Source: Candidatus Sumerlaeales bacterium (GTDB lineage: Bacteria; Sumerlaeota; Sumerlaeia; Sumerlaeales; Sumerlaeaceae). From it: a stretch of 64,000 bases of DNA. The number at the start of each line of letters is the position of its first letter. The first letter of the stretch is position 1. Positions 32,819 through 41,931 of the stretch are shown here, piece after piece. Below the pieces are notes generated by a model that did no database searches, had not been told where the DNA came from, and was given only the letters and a program-made list of their open reading frames with translations. The position numbers and the translations under genes are program-made. Location: positions 120,369-184,368 of the forward strand of contig JBBSQY010000001.1 in NCBI GenBank assembly GCA_038243585.1. Reading direction: 5' to 3'.

Positions 32819-33574
32819 TCACATCGATTTGTCCGGTTCCTTAAGCGGCTCCAACGACAAATAAACATTAGAGGTTCGATTTAGACCCAAGTCCGCCACA
32901 TTCTCAAGCGCTTTCCAACTCTTGCCAATACTCTCAGTCCCGACGACCAACATTAACTGGGAATCTTTAATCCGATAAGAATGGGAAACCAAAGAATTGT
33001 TTAATTGAGTAACAATCGGAGCGTTTTTGTATTTATGGCTTACATTCTCCTGCAATTTAGACGCTGTCATTTCAGCTTTCCCCTCAATTTCCCCCTCCAG
33101 AGTAGCGAGTTCAGGCTTAACGATTTTTAACAAGTCATTCCAGGAGTCGGGCGTAATGCCAGGCTTGAAACTTAAGCTGACTAGGCTGGCGTCAGGGTGC
33201 GTTAAGGTAAATTTTTCCATAGAACTGCTCAAAAGAGAAGTAAATGTTTCTACTGAAACGCTCGTCTCAGAATCAGGATGAAACTGCGAAGAAGGCCCAG
33301 AAGAAACATACGGTACCACAATCCACCACTTCTTCTCCTCTTCGGGTGTTCTCGGATCGTTTTCCGGTGAAAACTTGCTAAACCGCACAACAAAGTGTGC
33401 ATCATTATCACCGAGATTCCAGGCATAATGCTCACTCTTTTTTTCCAGTTTATAATGCCCTATGTAGGTCTGTCCGAAGCAATAATTTCCGCAATTTAAA
33501 ATGGCAAAAAGACAAAAAGCCAAACCCAACTCTAAACCACAAGTTTTTTTCAATCCACCAGTCTCCATGCCCAT
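32819..33574 (-). CDS. AT-rich secreted hypothetical protein
   Basis: 251 aa, GGAGG just upstream, N-terminal hydrophobic stretch. Confidence 0.7.
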   Translation of the reverse strand: MGMETGGLKKTCGLELGLAFCLFAILNCGNYCFGQTYIGHYKLEKKSEHYAWNLGDNDAHFVVRFSKFSPENDPRTPEEEKKWWIVVPYVSSGPSSQFHPDSETSVSVETFTSLLSSSMEKFTLTHPDASLVSLSFKPGITPDSWNDLLKIVKPELATLEGEIEGKAEMTASKLQENVSHKYKNAPIVTQLNNSLVSHSYRIKDSQLMLVVGTESIGKSWKALENVADLGLNRTSNVYLSLEPLKEPDKSM

Positions 33575-33819
33575 CCTCCACTATTCAGGTAATTTGGGAA
33601 CCAATCTTTGTACCCTTTCTTTAACTACACCTATATGGCCAGGGGCACCCACGATAATCCTGCTAACCATTATTTCAACCTGCCCGGGCTCACGTCGCCG
33701 AAGCCAACCGTTACCGCTGGCGCTGGAAGGCACGATAGTTCTTTAAATAGCTCATTAAGCACCTGCGCGTAAAAGCTTCTACGGCACCTCAGAAAACGCA
33801 CTGAATACCTAACAATAGG

Positions 33820-34605
33820 CTATAGCAGTGTTAATACCAGCCAACCGCTTATCGTCTTGACCTCTTCTGGATGAACTATATGGAGTTGCAAATTATCACC
33901 TGAATATATGGGTCGTATTTGAAAGGCTCGGCCCATACCATTCCGTTTTGCCAGCAACAATATCTCGTAAATAAGATCTCGAACCGAATGACCTTTTTTG
34001 TCGACCCAAATCACCTTGTCTCCTAAGCGTTTAACAACACCGTCTAGTATGTCTGCTTGCAAACCATAATTCTTTTCTAAAAGTGTTATTGCCTCCGAAA
34101 CTGAATATGGGTGAATTTCTTTCGGCATGAGGACTTTATTTAGAGCCCAATCACTGGAATTAAATATAGACGAATTGTCTCTTAGCGAAACTATACTACC
34201 TTCATAACTTAGTATCAAGTTATTCGAAGTCTTTTTTAGTTCATTTCCAAATGCAAAAATTGTTCTAGCATTTGATAAAGGACTGGAAATCGATTTCGAA
34301 TATGCAACCGAATTCCACTTAAAGGTAGAACCACTCCCCTTGGAATTAGTAGTGATCTGATCGCCTTCTCCAGAGATGCTTGTTACATAAAATCTCTCTT
34401 GGAATCCCTCATAAATAACTAGAAGAGTCGTCGTTAATCTGTCATTTTTGTCGGTATCTGTGTCAGGGGTTCTAAAGGTTTTTAAAAGATGCCTGGACAC
34501 TTCACTTGCCGACACCTTATTAGCGATATTAGTGTCTTTAGCAGATGCATTTTGTCCGTATAATATAGCGCCCGACACAAGTATAAGTATCATTATTTTA
34601 TGCAT
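33820..34605 (-). CDS. AT-rich secreted hypothetical protein
   Basis: AAGGA RBS, signal peptide ending ASA; 13 nt after upstream stop. Confidence 0.75.
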   Translation of the reverse strand: MHKIMILILVSGAILYGQNASAKDTNIANKVSASEVSRHLLKTFRTPDTDTDKNDRLTTTLLVIYEGFQERFYVTSISGEGDQITTNSKGSGSTFKWNSVAYSKSISSPLSNARTIFAFGNELKKTSNNLILSYEGSIVSLRDNSSIFNSSDWALNKVLMPKEIHPYSVSEAITLLEKNYGLQADILDGVVKRLGDKVIWVDKKGHSVRDLIYEILLLAKRNGMGRAFQIRPIYSGDNLQLHIVHPEEVKTISGWLVLTLL

Positions 34606-34618
34606 ATAAATTCCTTAA

Positions 34619-35722
34619 TTATAAGTTGCCACTTTTTGATAATGAGCAATCTTCATACGAAACGGTACAATTGGCACCGCATGGTGGCTCACCTGGGGCA
34701 GGTATTACAACTACATTTTTCTTAATCGTAACTGCAGATGTGCCAAAATTTTTTATTAGCTTACTGTCCGAAGTTCCATAATTGACGTATATTTTTTGAT
34801 CAATCCACTCATGCTTTGCGGTAAAAACATATCTTCCAGGGCCTGCGCAAGGAGCAACGTTGCAATTTCCGACGGCGTCGCAGAAGTGATTAATGTACAA
34901 TTGTCCTGGTGCCCCCTCTTGATCAAAAGTATAACTGTCACCCATCGAAACTTTATTTGGGCCGCTGCATCCGAGTTGAGCGCACACCAATTCCATTGTT
35001 TTAACATATGGATTAGGGCCTACATAAAACTGTTGATAATATAGTGGAGGTCCTCCATCACTACTGTCAATTCGAATTGTCGCTCTCTTAACAATTACTT
35101 CCGTCGATGACAATCCTGTTCCTTGAGGAACACTCCTCAGAGTAAACTCAAAATCGTGTTTATTATTAAACTGCACTGCACCACTGTCTGGCGAGCACCA
35201 CAATCCATTATTGTCATACGGATAGTACCTGTTACAAGTCCATATAACCTGATCAGGAACACAGGAGCCACAAAGCTCTGGATCATCACATGGATCCGGC
35301 GGTTCTCCGCACCCCGCCGCCAAGGCTACCGCCGCTGAATAATTGGCACTGTTAGGGTCGCAGCACGAACCGTCTGGGCAGGGATCTTCACCTCCCCCGC
35401 CGGGCTCGCAGGCCACGAAATACCCCCATTTGTCTTCACATTCTCCTGGAGGGTCGCCGCCGCCGCCATCGTCGTCGTCGTCATCGTCCGGGCAGTCGAC
35501 CGTGTTGTTCCACTTGTCTCGGCACTCTTGGCCCTCGCCGCAATCATTTCCTTCGGGGGGCGGTTGACAGGTGGCATGGAACGGGCAGCAACAAGGTAGT
35601 TCGCAATTCCCCTGCGCACAGAGATTTACAGCGCCCCAAATTGCAACCATTAGAATTATGGCGGCGCGGCTGATGTTTTTTGCGGCGCAGCGCAAGCTTG
35701 AAAGCATTGAGAAATCGGTCAT
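34619..35722 (-). CDS. Secreted Cys-rich protein with GC-rich N-terminus and AT-rich C-terminus
   Basis: GAGG RBS before ATG 35722; signal-like segment; CCCP, poly-Asp/Gly, repeated EC-x-DKW-x5-C. Confidence 0.75.
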   Translation of the reverse strand: MTDFSMLSSLRCAAKNISRAAIILMVAIWGAVNLCAQGNCELPCCCPFHATCQPPPEGNDCGEGQECRDKWNNTVDCPDDDDDDDGGGGDPPGECEDKWGYFVACEPGGGGEDPCPDGSCCDPNSANYSAAVALAAGCGEPPDPCDDPELCGSCVPDQVIWTCNRYYPYDNNGLWCSPDSGAVQFNNKHDFEFTLRSVPQGTGLSSTEVIVKRATIRIDSSDGGPPLYYQQFYVGPNPYVKTMELVCAQLGCSGPNKVSMGDSYTFDQEGAPGQLYINHFCDAVGNCNVAPCAGPGRYVFTAKHEWIDQKIYVNYGTSDSKLIKNFGTSAVTIKKNVVVIPAPGEPPCGANCTVSYEDCSLSKSGNL

Positions 35723-35739
35723 GGTGGATTCGCCTCGCA

Positions 35740-36025
35740 CTACTTCGTCGCCCGGGCTTGCCACTCAGCCCGGCGCTGCTGCATCTTACGTTCAGCCCGA
35801 ATGTAGTCCGCGCGGTGTTGCCACGCGCGGCTGCCGTAGGTGGACATGGCTTCTTGATCGTCTCGTTCGCTTGCACACAGCTTCATGACCTCCAGCCCAA
35901 TCAGCTTGCTGTCGGAAACAGCAAACTCTTCCCCCGACTTCGGCCGATTTTCCAGCATATCCGTCGCCAGAGCCTGGGCCTCGTCGTGCAGGCCAATGAA
36001 ATAACAGTTCTGCATCTGGAGGCAG
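35740..36025 (-). pseudogene. Possible 3' remnant of a helical/TPR-like gene truncated at a REP cluster
   Basis: Protein-like GLHDEAQALATDMLENRP...; stop sits just before next RBS; the 5' part of the track ORF translates from REP repeats. Confidence 0.35.
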
Positions 36026-36109
36026 GGAGGGATGGCTCGCCGAGCCGTCAGTCTCGAAAGGGACATTTCGCCTGCCGTTCGTCCAGGAGGGACACCTCGC
36101 CGAGCCGCC
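36026..36109 (+). repeat. REP family C, three tandem copies (about 30-nt period)
   Basis: ggagggatggctcgccgagccgtc / aagggacatttcgcctgccgttc / ggagggacacctcgccgagccgcc. Confidence 0.65.
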
Positions 36110-36282
36110 CCGCACACCGTTTAACCCAAACCAATGCCCCCGCCACCTCGTCACAATGCCATGCAGATTGAACAGACGCAGCCCGGCGCGTTATTGTTTT
36201 TTACCCTTGATGAAATCTCAACCTACTCTCCACGATACACTGCCAGTATATGATTAAAACCCTCATATCTGCGCCCTTATAA

Positions 36283-39200
36283 ATGGCCGAACCAGGTATA
36301 CACGAAATCGTGGCACAAGGACGCCTGCTTACCCTTGTGTTCACAGACCTCGTCGACAGCGTAGGGCTGAAAACCCGCCTGGGCGACAGCGAAGCCGGCC
36401 ATCTCATTGCCGGCCACCAGGCCGGCATCCGTAAGCTCACCGCAGCGACAGGCGGTCGAGAAATTCTGATCGCCGGAGACGGCTGCTTTCTGACCTTCGA
36501 GGTGCCCAGCAAAGCCGTAGAGTTCGCCCTGCGCCTCCAGGATTTCCATCGACAGCAACCCGCTCTCCCACAGGTGCGCGTGGGCGTCCACATGGGAGAG
36601 GTTACCGAAACAGTCCACGAATCCTCCGCTGGCCGTACCATAGAGGTAAATGGACTCGCCGTTGATATAGCGTCGCGAATTCAATCCATGGCACGCCCCC
36701 GCCAGATACTCATGTCCTATGCGGTTTTTGATAACGCCCGCCAGCGTCTGGACGCGTCAAACCTACAGTTACCGGTAGAGTGGCTTGCCCACGGCAGATA
36801 CATTCTGCGCGGTGCCGACATGGCTCTTGAAATATTTGAAGCAGGTCTAAAAGGGCTGTCCGATTTTACTCCGCCAACCGGCGGCAGCAATGCTCAGCGC
36901 GACGTGCATGGAGAACAGGAAAGCACCCTTGGCTGGCGGCCCGCTCAAGGCCACGACCTTCCCGGACGGCCCAACTGGGTCCTGATAGAAAAGCTGGGCG
37001 AGGGCGGTTTCGGCGACGTATGGCTGACCGAACATCGAAAAACCCGCGACCGTCATGTCATAAAGTTCTGCTATAGCGTCGATCGCCTTCGCACTCTAAA
37101 ACGTGAAGTAACCCTGTTTCGACTGTTAAAAGAAACCCTCGGCGACAGGCCCGATATTGCCCGCGTTCTCGATTATCAATTTGAACACAAACCCTACTTT
37201 CTCGAGATGGAATTCGCCGGTCGCCACAATCTCACCTCGTGGCTTGAAGAACATGGCGGGGCCGAAGCCATTCCTTTGGACACCCGCATTGAACTTGTCG
37301 CCCAGGTTGCCGTCGCCATAGCCGCCGCCCATAGCGTCGGCGTCCTTCATAAGGACATCAAACCTTCTAACATCATGGTCGCTTCCGGCACTCCCACCCA
37401 CCCGCGAATTTGCATGATTGATTTCGGAATCGGAGCCGTTTCAGATCGCAATCTGCTGGACATCCAGGGGATTACTGCGACGGGACTGACAGAGGTTGAA
37501 TCCTCCGGCGACTACGCATCCTCTCTCGCCGGGACTCGGCTTTACATGGCCCCGGAACTGATCGAAGGCAAAAACGCCACAACAAAGTCCGACATCTACT
37601 CCCTGGGCGTGCTTCTGTATCAGATGGTATCCGCCAAGCTGAATCATTCGCTTGCCTTTGGCTGGGAACGGGACGTTGTGGATGAAATTCTCCGCAGAGA
37701 CATCGAAGACTGCGTGGACGGACAACCCGAGAAGCGCCTTGAGTCCGCAGAAATCCTGGCCCATCGACTGCGCAGCTTACCAGAGCGTCGGGCTGAACTA
37801 GCGCGGACTCGTCAGGACGCTCGACACGTCGAAGAGATAAAAAAACGATGGCGTCTTATCTATCTTGGCGCCGCTCTCCTTTTCGTTATGTTGGTAATGA
37901 TCGGACAGTTTGCTCTGCTACAATACCAAAAAGCGCGCTCTGAAGAAAACTTACGAAAAAAGGCGGACGCTGCCACTGTTCAGGCAATGGAGCAGTCAGC
38001 CGAAACAGAAGTGGCGCTGGCCAAAGCGCAACAGGCACGCTATTTTGGCGCGATAGCTCTGGCAGAGTCCAGCCTGAGAGAATCTCGGTTGGAAAAAGCC
38101 CAAAACATTCTGCTTAATGAAGCACCGCGCGATCTTCTTCAACGGGAATGGGGCTGGTTGTTGGCCCAAAGTTCACCGGAAGATGTGGCAATTAAAAACG
38201 CCAATATAAACGATGCTGTATTTACACCGGACGGCAGCCGATTTGTGACTGGTAATCGAGATACCGATGCCAAGGGTCATGTGACAGTATATAACGCAGG
38301 CACGGCGCAACGGCTATCTGATACCCTGACAAACAACCGTCTTGTGTGGAACCTGGCAATCAGTCCGGACGGTTTGACCGCGGCAACCGCATCCAGCGAT
38401 AACAAAATATCCGTAGTGGATTTGACCTCACAAACAATTATCAGAGAGCTGACCGCTCATTCTGGAATCGTCCGTGATGTAGCCTTCAGCCCGGACGGTA
38501 AACTGCTGGCAAGCGTCAGCCGCGACCACACTTTGCGTGTGTGGAATACCAAAAACTATTCCAACGACCACGTATTTACTGTCCAGACCGATAATTTCAC
38601 CGAACTGGACTTCAGCAGAGATTCCAGATACCTGGTCACCGGAAGCCTCGAAGGCCATGCCCGGATCTTCGATACCAGTGGCACCCGCCAGATTTGCGAG
38701 CTGGCGGGAGGAGACGGACGGATCCTCTCCGTTGCTTTTCTAGAAAACGGCGAGGGCGTGGCCACTGCCTGCACTGATGGTGCAGCACGAATATACCCAT
38801 GGCCGCCGCCGGCTGATGCGACAACGCTTGACCCCACAACGGTCATTCGCACCAGGGAAACTTATCCTTCGCAGGTCATATCTTCAATCGACGGAAAAGC
38901 AGTTTACATCGGGAACGATAATGGACTAATTATGAAGTCCGATGCAGTAACCGGAAAATTGCTATTCTCTTGTCGGGTGGATGAACCGCTCTGGAAAATG
39001 AGTCTTAACCACGACGGGAAAAAGCTTCTAACCACCGCTCGATGGAGCCTGCGGTTGCTGGATTTGGAGCGGTTGGAAGGCTCCTTTGAAATTACTGACT
39101 GGCCGATTGCTACTAGTGCACCCTTAAATTCGATGCCCATGAAGATCGCCTCCGTGTCGCGGCTTCGGGATCATACGTGGGATGACGATAAGGCATGGCG

Positions 39201-40104
39201 GACCACCTCGGGCCTGTCACTTGTCTCTACTAAACACGGGGATCACTTCATGGTTCAATCCGCTTCTGACATCTACTCGCCCGATGGCATTTGGCACATT
39301 AAAATTGACCCGGAAAATTCTAAAGCAACTATTCAGTCAAGGAATGGAGACCGCGCTGTCCACATTCTGTCCAACAAGAAAGTCGTCGACGTTATCTTTT
39401 CTCCCGACGGAAAACAGGCTGCCGGGCTATTCGATAAAGAAGGGGTCGCGGTCTACAATACAAGCACCTGGGAGCGCCTATATCAATTGCCGACAAGCGT
39501 TAACCACCCTGTTTATGTAAAATACTCACCCGACTCAAAGATGCTGATCGTTTGCTACTACAATGGCCTTGTCTCCGCTTACGACGTTACCGGCACACAC
39601 TTGCGAGATCTTTTGCCAGCAGATAACGGATCCCCAATGACCCTTGATTTTTCAAAAGACGGTCGACTCCTTGCAGCAGGGCTTAATGTTGACCGCGCTA
39701 TCGTCATTGATCTGGAAACGGGAGATCATATCAGCACTATGACGGGCCATGTTCGATATATATACGGAGTAGAATTTACTTCGGACGACGAGCGCCTGAT
39801 AACTCTCTCCCGAGATGGGACCGTTAAGATGTGGGATGTGAAGTCTGGTCGGGAACTAGTGACTCTCTTCAAACTGCAGGACGGGGAACTGCCCCTTGGG
39901 ATGGTTATTGGATCTAATAGCAGACAATTCAGCATCGCAACTTCGGAACGACGAGTGGTAAGCACAGAAGTTTTCCCATGGAATCTGGCAGTTTACCCTG
40001 ACCCAATTGGTAACTATACCCTTGCGGAACGAGTGGAATTATGGAACAGGCGGGTACGGCTGAATCCAAATCTCCGCATGAAGGACACCAAGGCGAATCA
40101 GTAA
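36283..40104 (+). CDS. Class III nucleotide cyclase-like + Ser/Thr kinase + TM + WD40 repeat protein
   Basis: FTDLVDS/GDG/VRVGVHMG; LGEGGFG, HKDIKPSN, DFG, YMAPE, SDIYSLG; TM LIYLGAALLFVMLVMIG; FSPDG...VW repeats. Confidence 0.92.
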   Translation: MAEPGIHEIVAQGRLLTLVFTDLVDSVGLKTRLGDSEAGHLIAGHQAGIRKLTAATGGREILIAGDGCFLTFEVPSKAVEFALRLQDFHRQQPALPQVRVGVHMGEVTETVHESSAGRTIEVNGLAVDIASRIQSMARPRQILMSYAVFDNARQRLDASNLQLPVEWLAHGRYILRGADMALEIFEAGLKGLSDFTPPTGGSNAQRDVHGEQESTLGWRPAQGHDLPGRPNWVLIEKLGEGGFGDVWLTEHRKTRDRHVIKFCYSVDRLRTLKREVTLFRLLKETLGDRPDIARVLDYQFEHKPYFLEMEFAGRHNLTSWLEEHGGAEAIPLDTRIELVAQVAVAIAAAHSVGVLHKDIKPSNIMVASGTPTHPRICMIDFGIGAVSDRNLLDIQGITATGLTEVESSGDYASSLAGTRLYMAPELIEGKNATTKSDIYSLGVLLYQMVSAKLNHSLAFGWERDVVDEILRRDIEDCVDGQPEKRLESAEILAHRLRSLPERRAELARTRQDARHVEEIKKRWRLIYLGAALLFVMLVMIGQFALLQYQKARSEENLRKKADAATVQAMEQSAETEVALAKAQQARYFGAIALAESSLRESRLEKAQNILLNEAPRDLLQREWGWLLAQSSPEDVAIKNANINDAVFTPDGSRFVTGNRDTDAKGHVTVYNAGTAQRLSDTLTNNRLVWNLAISPDGLTAATASSDNKISVVDLTSQTIIRELTAHSGIVRDVAFSPDGKLLASVSRDHTLRVWNTKNYSNDHVFTVQTDNFTELDFSRDSRYLVTGSLEGHARIFDTSGTRQICELAGGDGRILSVAFLENGEGVATACTDGAARIYPWPPPADATTLDPTTVIRTRETYPSQVISSIDGKAVYIGNDNGLIMKSDAVTGKLLFSCRVDEPLWKMSLNHDGKKLLTTARWSLRLLDLERLEGSFEITDWPIATSAPLNSMPMKIASVSRLRDHTWDDDKAWRTTSGLSLVSTKHGDHFMVQSASDIYSPDGIWHIKIDPENSKATIQSRNGDRAVHILSNKKVVDVIFSPDGKQAAGLFDKEGVAVYNTSTWERLYQLPTSVNHPVYVKYSPDSKMLIVCYYNGLVSAYDVTGTHLRDLLPADNGSPMTLDFSKDGRLLAAGLNVDRAIVIDLETGDHISTMTGHVRYIYGVEFTSDDERLITLSRDGTVKMWDVKSGRELVTLFKLQDGELPLGMVIGSNSRQFSIATSERRVVSTEVFPWNLAVYPDPIGNYTLAERVELWNRRVRLNPNLRMKDTKANQ

Positions 40105-40106
40105 AA

Positions 40107-40183
<77 letters not shown>

Positions 40184-40359
40184 TTCCGTGTTGCTGCACC
40201 TTGTACCACAAAACCCGCGGATGCTTCACCTAAATCTGTGCTTACTCAACACAGAGCAATACCGCTGAAAACGGTGCAGAGAATCAAAGCCAGTTGGCGA
40301 ACTTCCTGAGAACTATCCTGTAAAATTGTCGTGGCAATACGACCATTTGATCGCACAAA

Positions 40360-40394
40360 TAAAAACAGCCGTCGCCCCCACAGGGGCGACGGCT
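40360..40394 (-). terminator. Intrinsic terminator
   Basis: AGCCGTCGCCCC-caca-GGGGCGACGGCT with A-run upstream. Confidence 0.8.
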
Positions 40395-40430
40395 AAAAAG
40401 ACTTCTAAAAAATTCCAGATCGGCTGCTAC

Positions 40431-41309
40431 TTAGATTCCGTAAAGCTGGCTGGTCCGATTGTTGGTGTAATTGATATCTTCAATACCGCCTTCAGGAACC
40501 ACTTCAGAATAGATGTGGGTATATCCCGGTGGCACATAACCTTTAAACTTAATCCGTTTTGCTTTAGGCGTTTTTCCAGGCTTATTCCGAAGCTTCTTCA
40601 CCCATTTCTCATCGAGAAGGTACGCACTATCGTTTAATACGTCGCCGTTGACAACCCAAACTCGCACCAAAGCATAGTTAACGCTAAAGTCTGAGACCAT
40701 GTTTTGCACTTCTACCCGACCAGTCATTCTGCATGCCAGCAATGGAATGCCCTGGCATTTATATTTCCTGAAAAACACAAGGTCACTGCGCAGGTCAGGA
40801 CCGACAAGGGGTTCCGTGCTGCCGTCGCCGCGGATATCGAAAGTGTATTCACCCTCATTCCGGTCGTTATTTGATACGTTTACCGTTGCAAAAGCTTTTC
40901 CTGCAAACGATGGGGTGTAACGAATGCTGAAAGCGGTGCGCTGTCCCGGCGGTACCAACGTGGCTGGCTGTTGCGTGACCGTGAAATCAGCTGCATTTGG
41001 CCCGGTGATGCTAATAGGCGAAGTCACGATGAGATCAGCGTTGTTTACGTTTCTGATTTCAAAAGCGTGCTCCCATACGTTAACGCCAATCTGGGCTACG
41101 CCAAAGTACGTACCATCCAGTTTGAGAGGCTGAACCGATCCATCTTCAATTGGCGAACTCTGGCCCGTGATCAGGATTTCCGGAACAAAGACCGGAGGGG
41201 GGGGCGGAGCCGCCGCCAGTAATGCACACCCTGCTAAGGCCAAAGAACCAGCGATGAAACGTTTTGCACCTGCGTGGGTGATTTTTGCGTGCTGCTTAAA
41301 TTTTGTCAT
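40431..41309 (-). CDS. Secreted protein: choice-of-anchor D (Ig-like) + CARDB-like domain
   Basis: GGAGG RBS; GTYFG...FEIRN...ITGPNAADFTV...FSIRYTP...NNDRNE..YTF.IRG.G; PDL...EDINYTNN. Confidence 0.8.
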   Translation of the reverse strand: MTKFKQHAKITHAGAKRFIAGSLALAGCALLAAAPPPPPVFVPEILITGQSSPIEDGSVQPLKLDGTYFGVAQIGVNVWEHAFEIRNVNNADLIVTSPISITGPNAADFTVTQQPATLVPPGQRTAFSIRYTPSFAGKAFATVNVSNNDRNEGEYTFDIRGDGSTEPLVGPDLRSDLVFFRKYKCQGIPLLACRMTGRVEVQNMVSDFSVNYALVRVWVVNGDVLNDSAYLLDEKWVKKLRNKPGKTPKAKRIKFKGYVPPGYTHIYSEVVPEGGIEDINYTNNRTSQLYGI

Positions 41310-41484
41310 ATTTTACCTCCATTAAGGCACACAATTTGTGCTGGAGGCGGATCATTGCAACGAAAAAATGCATAATCGCAAAAAAAACTTTTCCGGGCAT
41401 CTGGAAATAGCCAACCCCACTATGTTTATAACCTCCCGACGGGTCTGTACGACCTTCCAACGATACGGCAAGAAAGGCCTTATA

Positions 41485-41931
41485 ATGATATTTGGCAAAA
41501 GGGGGCTTGCCTCTACCGCGTTGCTTTTCATCATTTCCACTCCGATCTATGCGGGACCCATTACTTTTACCGGGTCACAGGCAACAACCGGCGGCCTCAG
41601 AATACAGCTTGATGCAGCGGGAAATCTGATTCAGCCGGATCCTGTCCAATTAAATAACGCCCTGCCTGCGTACACCGGGAAGACATCTGGTAATGTCCCA
41701 AAGGTTGTGACCCCGCCGGCAGCATCATCCCTCACTGCCAGCTCTGCCTCTGACGCTCAAAAACATCTTTCGACCGCCGCATCTGAAAACCTAGTTAAAA
41801 GCGGAAAAGTTGTGCGACTTAATGGTCTTTTCCATGCCGCCAGCCGTGCGAACATTAATGCAGACGGGCAATTGGAAAGCGACTGCCATGTCGGCGCAAA
41901 CGGTGACACGGCCAAAGGACACTCCAAATGA
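41485..41931 (+). CDS. Secreted post-PEP-CTERM-1-like domain protein
   Basis: GLRIQLDAAGNLIQP ... VRLNGLFH....NINADGQLESDC; ATGA overlap with the protease gene; family recognised from memory. Confidence 0.65.
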   Translation: MIFGKRGLASTALLFIISTPIYAGPITFTGSQATTGGLRIQLDAAGNLIQPDPVQLNNALPAYTGKTSGNVPKVVTPPAASSLTASSASDAQKHLSTAASENLVKSGKVVRLNGLFHAASRANINADGQLESDCHVGANGDTAKGHSK

